Source of the DNA: an uncultured Bacteroidota bacterium
GTDB taxonomy: Bacteria > Bacteroidota > Ignavibacteria > UBA10030
Assembly (NCBI GenBank): GCA_963739335.1
Contig: CAVUAC010000051.1
Span: 99,500-139,499, forward strand
Length of the DNA stretch: 40,000 nt
Direction of reading: 5' to 3'
Shown: piece by piece, positions 35,619 through 40,000 of the stretch
Position numbering within the stretch: the first letter of the stretch is position 1
Layout of the letters: every line of letters starts with the position of its first letter
The notes under the pieces: generated by a model
What the model was told of the DNA's origin: nothing
Databases searched by the model: none
Seen by the model: the letters and a program-made list of their open reading frames with translations, nothing else
Made by a program: the position numbers and the translations under genes

Positions 35619-37408
35619 TGAGCGCCCGCCGGATTTTTCTGCAGCACTTCATAGATTGGAAACGGACCGCCTCGCGCAAGCGCCAACGAGTCGGCACCCA
35701 CAATGCCCCGGGTGTACGGTGCCGGGACAGAATACCAGAGGATAAAAATCCTGCGATGCTGGCGTTGCAGCTCCTTTGTCAGGCGAACAGCATCGGCCCC
35801 TTCATCTGCCCCGGCATCAAGAATGACCACATCGCGCGTCAGCAGCAGTGGACCCGCAGCGTCTTTCGAACCCCAATATGCGAACACCGCGGAGTGAGCT
35901 GGAATGACTTCCTCAAGCATCTTTAGCTCCATCGCGGTCCTCGTCCGCCGATTCCTCGACGCCGGCAGGTCATCCAATGTGTGAACGAACAACGACCATC
36001 CAAGACACAGTCCCAGCGTCATTGGCAGCAAGAGACGCGCGCTCGAGTGCCATCGGAAGATCCAACTGAGGAGGAGGAGTACGGCAACAAGCAGCGGCAC
36101 CCTCATCAATGCAATTTCATAGAGCGTATGGGAAGGAAGCATCAGGGCTGCCGCGAACGCGATTCCACCAGCCAGGAATCCGATAACCATATGTACAACG
36201 CTAAGGGAAAGGCCGTCAAGAGCCAGAGCGACCGCAAGCGCCGCGAGCGGAATCATCTCAAGAAAATACCGCTGGTTGTACGCCAGTCCGTCCACGCGGC
36301 CAGCACCCGACACGCTGAACAACACAACAAGAGGAAACATCAGCAACGAGAGCCCCCGTAAGCTTCTTCGCACATCTTCCTTCCGAGAGTCTCTCCAGAA
36401 CCAGGCGAGCACCAGCACGACAAATGCCAACCCGATCCATGGACACGATTGAAGGAACGCTTTCTTCACCGTTCCGTAGACAAGGTATGCCCCCGATGCC
36501 GGGTTTTGTTTGTACATGTCGGCCTGGACCAGATAGGTAATCTCCGGATGCATAGAAAAGTCTATGAATCGAGCCCAAAACACTCTGAGCGGCTCAAGGA
36601 TCGAACCTGCGCCGACGTGCTGTTTCAACTGGTTGGAGTACGCCACAAATTTAGGAAACGGATGCCAAAGGTGGTCACGAGAAAGATTCATCGTTGCAAT
36701 CACCACCAACGGCAACAATGTTCCGATGCCGTACCAAGCCGTTGCAAGAATTCTTCTTCTGGCAAAGAGAAGGACTGTGAGTCCGAGGCATCCGGTGAGA
36801 ACGATGTTTTGTTCCCTCACGCCGATAGCAATCCCCATCAGCAACCCACACAGAACCGCAATCGTGGGCTTTCCCCCTTGCCAGATCTTGCTGGCGATAT
36901 ACAGCGCACTTGTAACGAGAAACACTGAGAACATATGGGGCCAAACACCCTGGGCGTATTCTATGCCGTATCCCCCGATGAGCACCAGTGCAGCGGCAAG
37001 CCACGGGGTTTGCCGGTCAACAGCATAGTGCTTTGACAGTACGAAAACTATTAAGCCGGTGAGGAGGTAGGAAAGGGTGTTGAGCAACACCAATCCATGC
37101 CAGCCGAGAACGAGAAACGGGAGAGCAAAGGGGGCATACAGTGGAGGAGCTAATGAAGCAACCGGTGTTCTCGCTGCCACCCTGCCATAAGATTCCGGAT
37201 CAAAAGAGAACAACTCCTTGCTTGGTCCGAGTCCTTCCGTTCCGGGCACCGTGAGTTTTCCCTCGCGGAGACCAATCGCTGTAACCATGTAATTGATCTC
37301 ATCGATGGTGAATGGACCTCTGATCGTCGTAGCAACAAGAACGATCCCGAGGAACACGAGGAGAACGATGAGGAGGATATATTCTCTTTTGTCGCCTTGG
37401 GTCATCAT
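35615..37408 (-). CDS. GT-C-fold membrane glycosyltransferase (ArnT/PMT, GT39/83-like)
   Basis: About 12 or more TM helices, an FTIDEINYM motif (Asp-Glu after TM1, as in ArnT/PMT-type enzymes), and a soluble C-terminal domain. The 4-nt overlap with the downstream gene implies an operon. Confidence 0.5.
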   Translation of the reverse strand: MMTQGDKREYILLIVLLVFLGIVLVATTIRGPFTIDEINYMVTAIGLREGKLTVPGTEGLGPSKELFSFDPESYGRVAARTPVASLAPPLYAPFALPFLVLGWHGLVLLNTLSYLLTGLIVFVLSKHYAVDRQTPWLAAALVLIGGYGIEYAQGVWPHMFSVFLVTSALYIASKIWQGGKPTIAVLCGLLMGIAIGVREQNIVLTGCLGLTVLLFARRRILATAWYGIGTLLPLVVIATMNLSRDHLWHPFPKFVAYSNQLKQHVGAGSILEPLRVFWARFIDFSMHPEITYLVQADMYKQNPASGAYLVYGTVKKAFLQSCPWIGLAFVVLVLAWFWRDSRKEDVRRSLRGLSLLMFPLVVLFSVSGAGRVDGLAYNQRYFLEMIPLAALAVALALDGLSLSVVHMVIGFLAGGIAFAAALMLPSHTLYEIALMRVPLLVAVLLLLSWIFRWHSSARLLLPMTLGLCLGWSLFVHTLDDLPASRNRRTRTAMELKMLEEVIPAHSAVFAYWGSKDAAGPLLLTRDVVILDAGADEGADAVRLTKELQRQHRRIFILWYSVPAPYTRGIVGADSLALARGGPFPIYEVLQKNPAGAQ

Positions 37409-37718
37409 CGTACGTTCGGACCATGAACACTGCTTGATAGTGCCCTTCGATGTCGACTCGAGGGTTTTGCACCGCCGGCAGGTGAGTGCATGCGAGCTTC
37501 AAAAACACAGGAATGACTGGTTACTCGCCCGAGCAGTATACGAAACTATGAAAGGGAAGGCAACAGAGTTCTCCCGGACCTTCACGGTGGGCTGCCTCAG
37601 ATGCAGTTTGTTCGATGAGTTGCTGGGATTGAAGGCAGAGGATCTTCGTCTGATGCATCGAAATCTGATTGTGCACCGTACGGTTCGTTCCAGGCGTGTC
37701 GACTGAGCGCTCTCTTGC

Positions 37719-39944
37719 TCATGGCGTCTTGTCTACGCCAGATCGGTACATCACTTTGACATTGATCAGGCTGAGGTCCTTGACATTGTCGAGAACATCT
37801 GGTTCAGCGACGTTCTTGAACGTGCAGTTCTCAAGATAGATTCTGGTGGCCGGCGATCGGTCATAAGCGCGAATCCAGATACCAAACCGGCTCTTGTTGC
37901 ATTCCAGATTCTTGATCTCCACATTCCGCACGATCGGCGTGAAATTCCCCTTGTCCCCCTCTTCATAGTAGAAATCGACCTTCACGACTGCCTCAGCCAC
38001 CTGCCCCACCTTGACATTCCTCATGTAGACGTTTTCGATCACGCCACCGCGCACAGCATTTGTTTTGATTCGAAGAGCCCTGTCGAGGTTGGGGCTGTCC
38101 ATGGTGCAGTCCTCAGCAAAGACGTTCCTCACGCTCCCGCTGACTTCGCTTCCGATCACGACACCGCCGTGACCATTCTTCATCGTGCATCCCTGGATGA
38201 TGATGTTCTCACTGGGCACGTTCACGCGCCTGCCATCATCGTTTCTTCCGGATTTAATGGCGATGCAATCATCACCATTATTGAAGAAACATTTCTTGAT
38301 GAGCACGTCTGCGCACGATTCCGGATCACAGCCATCGTTGTTCGGTCCCTGTCCTTCAGTCGTAACGCCAATGATGGAGACGTTTTTGCAGAGCACGGGA
38401 TGGAGAAACCACATCGGAGAGTTCTTGAAGGTGACACCCTCGACCAGAACATTCTTGCACCGGTATGGCTGGAAGAAATTCGGACGAAGGAATGATCCTT
38501 CCCCGAATGTTCGGTCGCTGACGGGGATTCCTTTCTCCCCCATATCCATCAATCTCCTCCTGGCCTCATTCTGGTTTGATTTCCCAGCGCTGCTGTCCCT
38601 ATTCCCCTTCCAGCTCCACCAGTTGCCAGACGCGCCCTGACCGTCGAGAACACCTTCACCCGTCACGGCAATATTCTCCTGCTCGAAGGCATAGATAAGA
38701 GCAGAATAGTTCATGCACTCGACTCCCTCCCACCGCGTGAAGACGACAGGAAGATACTTTCTTGGATCGGTACTGAAGCGGATCGTTGCGTCTTTGGAAA
38801 CGTAGAGATTGACATTACTCTTCAGGTGTATCGCGCCGGTGAGGTAAACTCCCTTCGGAACTACAACTCTGCCGCCACCTTCGGCATTGCACTTTTCAAT
38901 TGCCAACTTGAACGCCTTGCTGCAGTCGGTTTCCCCGTCACCCACCGCGCCAAATCCTGTAACATCAAAGACCTTGTTCGGAAATACTGGCGGAGAAGTA
39001 CGTTTCAAGAGCGCAGGGAGGCCATCCCACCCTTGCGGACTTTGCGACACAGACTGCGCGATTGCCCGGGGCACCAGAGACTTAATCAGACCCCGCAGCT
39101 TGAGCCACGCAACCAGGTCCCTCGTCCACGGAAGGGTATTGGCAAACGGAGGCTTGTCCCCCAATCCAAGCCCATGCTTCCCTTGCTCGTAGAGATGAAG
39201 ATCAAACGGGACCCCATTCTTCTGCAGCGCTCGAGCAAACTCAAGACTATTTTCCACGCTGACAGCCTGATCTGCGACGGTATGCCAGAGAAAACAGGGT
39301 GGTGTGGACGCGGTGACCTGAAGTTCGTTCGAGTAGCGCGTGACCAAATCCTCGGAAGGATTGAGTCCAAGAAAATTCTCCCGCGATACTTTATGTCCGA
39401 TTGGGCCCATCGAGATGACCGGATAACAAAGAACACCAAAGTCGGGGCGCGAGCTGACACGTTCGATGGAATCTCTCGAAGCCGGGTCGCCGTTGTCGAA
39501 ATGCGTCATCATCGTTGATGCAAGATGCCCCCCGGCTGAAGATCCCATGATGCCGATTGCATTCGGATTGAGATTCCATTGAATTGCACGCGCGCGGACC
39601 ATCCGTATCGCCTTTGCCGCATCCGCAGTGATTTCGCGGAACCCGTACCCGTCGCAACCAAGTCGGTACTTCAACACAAACGCCGTGATGCCATACATGT
39701 TGAGAAAACGAGCGTAGTCTTCCCCTTCATGCTTTGCGAGACCTCTGTACGCCCCGCCCGGACAGATAACTATTGCTGTCCCTGTGACGTTGTCCGAATC
39801 TGGCGTATACATCGTGAGCGTCGGAATGTCTTTGTCTGCCGCGCCGACTACCTCGGGCCACAACCGAAAAACCTGTTGACCGTTGCTCGCTTGAATTCCG
39901 AGAAAGATCGCGAGGACAATCAGCAGCGACCGTGTGTTTTTCAT
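37719..39944 (-). CDS. fusion protein: alpha/beta-hydrolase esterase domain + glycoside hydrolase family 28 (polygalacturonase-like) domain
   Basis: Signal peptide from M16 (MKNTRSLLIVLAIFLGIQASNG). Esterase motifs are CPGGAY..L and GSSAGGHLAS (GxSxG). GH28 motifs are NNDGCDPESC, NGDDCIAIKSG, GHGGVVIGSE and RALRIKT. Confidence 0.88.
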   Translation of the reverse strand: MKNTRSLLIVLAIFLGIQASNGQQVFRLWPEVVGAADKDIPTLTMYTPDSDNVTGTAIVICPGGAYRGLAKHEGEDYARFLNMYGITAFVLKYRLGCDGYGFREITADAAKAIRMVRARAIQWNLNPNAIGIMGSSAGGHLASTMMTHFDNGDPASRDSIERVSSRPDFGVLCYPVISMGPIGHKVSRENFLGLNPSEDLVTRYSNELQVTASTPPCFLWHTVADQAVSVENSLEFARALQKNGVPFDLHLYEQGKHGLGLGDKPPFANTLPWTRDLVAWLKLRGLIKSLVPRAIAQSVSQSPQGWDGLPALLKRTSPPVFPNKVFDVTGFGAVGDGETDCSKAFKLAIEKCNAEGGGRVVVPKGVYLTGAIHLKSNVNLYVSKDATIRFSTDPRKYLPVVFTRWEGVECMNYSALIYAFEQENIAVTGEGVLDGQGASGNWWSWKGNRDSSAGKSNQNEARRRLMDMGEKGIPVSDRTFGEGSFLRPNFFQPYRCKNVLVEGVTFKNSPMWFLHPVLCKNVSIIGVTTEGQGPNNDGCDPESCADVLIKKCFFNNGDDCIAIKSGRNDDGRRVNVPSENIIIQGCTMKNGHGGVVIGSEVSGSVRNVFAEDCTMDSPNLDRALRIKTNAVRGGVIENVYMRNVKVGQVAEAVVKVDFYYEEGDKGNFTPIVRNVEIKNLECNKSRFGIWIRAYDRSPATRIYLENCTFKNVAEPDVLDNVKDLSLINVKVMYRSGVDKTP

Positions 39945-40000
39945 AGAGTTCTTTCCTTCGTGCGAAAAGGGTTGTTTCGCCTCAGCCAAAAGTCACTTTG

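Overview
Chromosomal window, most likely from an FCB-group bacterium (Ignavibacteria/Bacteroidota-like). This guess rests on a T9SS Por_Secre_tail C-terminal domain, a DUF2723 glycosyltransferase and an ExbB-ExbD-ExbD layout. Left third: a STAS-ExbB-ExbD-ExbD operon behind a textbook sigma-54 promoter, next to an NtrC-type regulator/histidine kinase pair, then a TetR-TolC-MFP-RND efflux locus. Middle: lipoprotein, Spy-like and SDR genes, an IS630-family insertion sequence, a truncated heparinase-like gene, an MBL-hydrolase/receiver pair, and tRNA-Pro(UGG). The most interesting part is a ~7.7-kb integrative island (19.6-27.3 kb) bounded by a perfect 45-bp repeat of the 5' part of tRNA-Pro. It carries an integrase, a double-HTH regulator, a replication-organizer-like gene beside a 12-bp-phased iteron-like repeat array, and a four-gene cargo cassette (HEPN-like? 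/ AbiGi-like / 2-TM protein / small protein). I propose the cassette as a candidate undescribed abortive-infection/defence module. Right third: an envelope operon with two TlpA/redoxin-like genes in which the first Cys of CxxC is an in-frame TGA followed by a conserved hairpin (candidate UxxC selenoproteins). They flank a BNR-propeller T9SS substrate that also has an in-frame TGA. Two GT-C glycosyltransferases and an esterase-GH28 fusion follow. Many envelope/transport genes carry apparent 1-nt frame changes, which could be assembly indels or real decay. All calls come from reading the sequence and the ORF track; no database search or folding program was available.
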